A stretch of 64,000 nt of DNA from Gemmatimonadales bacterium (lineage in GTDB: Bacteria; Gemmatimonadota; Gemmatimonadetes; Gemmatimonadales; GWC2-71-9). The notes under the pieces are model-generated. The model was not told where the DNA came from, did not search any database, and saw nothing but the letters and a program-made list of their open reading frames with translations. The number at the start of each line of letters is the position of its first letter. Within the stretch, counting starts at the first letter, position 1. Location: positions 37,739 through 101,738 of the forward strand of contig DASYAK010000009.1 in the NCBI GenBank assembly GCA_036501385.1, in the 5' to 3' direction. The position numbers and the translations under genes are program-made. Positions 63,145-64,000 of this stretch are shown here, piece after piece.

Positions 63145-64000
63145 ATGAATACAATCCTCGATATCCCGGCGCTCGTCGCCGGCGTGGAGATTCACCACGC
63201 CTTTCTCGTGCTGGATGTCGTGGTCAAAGGCGGCGACCATCCTCGGACCACCGTCGTCTTCGGCAACCAGTCGGGGAGGATCGAGTCGGCGCCGTTCTGG
63301 GCCGGGCGCGACGAGACAATTCGCGGAGTGATCAAGGGCGCGATCGTCCAGGTCGTCGGCAAGATCACCGCCTATCGCGACGCGGTGCAGCTGGAGGCAG
63401 TCTCGGTGCGCCTGCTTCCCAAGGGTGCGGTGCCGCTTGCCGAACTCGTGCCCAGTGCTGGTCCGGTCGGCCGCTACTGGCAGTTCATCGACGACGCCCG
63501 CGAAAAGCTCGCCGCCCCCCGGCTCAAGGCGGTGCTCGATCTCTTCTATCAGGACGATCTCTTTCGCGCTCGATATGGCGAATGCCCGGGTGCGCCCGGG
63601 ACTGGACACCACGCCCGCCTGGGCGGACTGCTGCAACACACCTGCGAAGTCCTGGCCATTGCGACCCAGATCGCTCGCGTGGCCAAGGCCGACGTCGAGG
63701 TCGTTGTGGCCGGCGTGTTGCTCCACGACATCGGCAAGCTCGAGGCGTATCGCTGGGAAGGCGGAATCTTCGACATCACCGAACGCGGGCGTCTGGTGGG
63801 CCACGTCGTCCAGGGGGCGATGATCTTGCGCGACGCGCTCAAGGAGGTCGATCCGCAGCCGTGCAGCGCCGACGAAGCGATGATCCTCGAACATCTCATC
63901 CTCTCGCATCATGGACGACTCGAGTTCGGATCGCCGGTCGTACCGGCGACACTCGAAGCGGAGATTCTGCATTTCGCCGACGACGCCAGCGCCAAGACGG
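63145..64000 (+). CDS. OB-fold plus HD-domain protein (YhaM-like 3'-5' exoribonuclease family), 3' end beyond the window
   Basis: This frame is not in the ORF track because it has no stop inside the window. It reads MNTILDIPALVAGVEIHHAFLVLD... (OB fold), then HHARLGGLLQHT...LLHDIGK...LSHHG (HD domain). Confidence 0.8.
   Translation, partial: MNTILDIPALVAGVEIHHAFLVLDVVVKGGDHPRTTVVFGNQSGRIESAPFWAGRDETIRGVIKGAIVQVVGKITAYRDAVQLEAVSVRLLPKGAVPLAELVPSAGPVGRYWQFIDDAREKLAAPRLKAVLDLFYQDDLFRARYGECPGAPGTGHHARLGGLLQHTCEVLAIATQIARVAKADVEVVVAGVLLHDIGKLEAYRWEGGIFDITERGRLVGHVVQGAMILRDALKEVDPQPCSADEAMILEHLILSHHGRLEFGSPVVPATLEAEILHFADDASAKT

Noticed and set aside
63115-63972. 285-aa minus-strand ORF at the window end
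   Set aside because: It is antisense to an unlisted plus-strand frame (63145 to the window end) with clear OB-fold plus HD-domain (YhaM-like) motifs.

Overview
This is a 64-kb, high-GC segment of bacterial chromosome. Hand-counted 60-nt samples of ordinary genes give about 68-72% G+C. Coding density is very high: about 65 CDS plus one tRNA-Cys, with many 4-nt stop/start overlaps. I cannot assign a taxon without a database search. The gene content fits a high-GC Gram-negative environmental lineage: futalosine-type MqnA/MqnD, ThyX, CsoR-CopZ-CopA, a soluble acyl-ACP desaturase, a BamA-like outer-membrane protein, and many lipoproteins and zinc-ribbon proteins.

Most of the window is housekeeping:
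- heme/siderophore ABC importer tail
- MgtE
- MetH plus a YitJ-type HMT-MTHFR fusion
- acyl-CoA dehydrogenase, PBP4, QueG, NDH-2, a LOG-family protein
- copper export and copper-chaperone clusters
- several two-component systems

I saw no CRISPR array, transposase, integrase or prophage genes.

The most unusual locus is at about 16.4-19.8 kb. It is a roughly 3-kb block of clearly lower G+C (48-53% in sampled windows). It encodes two co-directional, overlapping genes for secreted proteins that I cannot place in a family as whole proteins.
- One is a 608-aa lipoprotein whose C-terminus carries a MepA/LAS-type zinc-peptidase signature.
- The other is a 343-aa signal-peptide protein.
- A minimal LuxR/GerE-type HTH gene heads the block.
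- A perfect 20-bp palindrome containing three GATC sites lies between the regulator and the cassette.
- A perfect 14-copy pentanucleotide repeat, (GCGTG)14, lies upstream of the regulator, in the promoter region it shares with a divergent membrane Ser/Thr kinase gene.

I read this as a candidate horizontally acquired, possibly phase-variable envelope or antagonism module. That reading is inference only.

Other points of interest:
- an unlisted 70-codon BFD-like [2Fe-2S] gene with no canonical start codon, coupled by a GTGA overlap to a GAF histidine kinase
- an RNase HI homolog whose catalytic Glu is replaced by Ala, embedded in a tightly coupled operon
- a histone-H1-like lysine/alanine-repeat protein
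- overlapping divergent start codons
- a 118-bp convergent gene overlap
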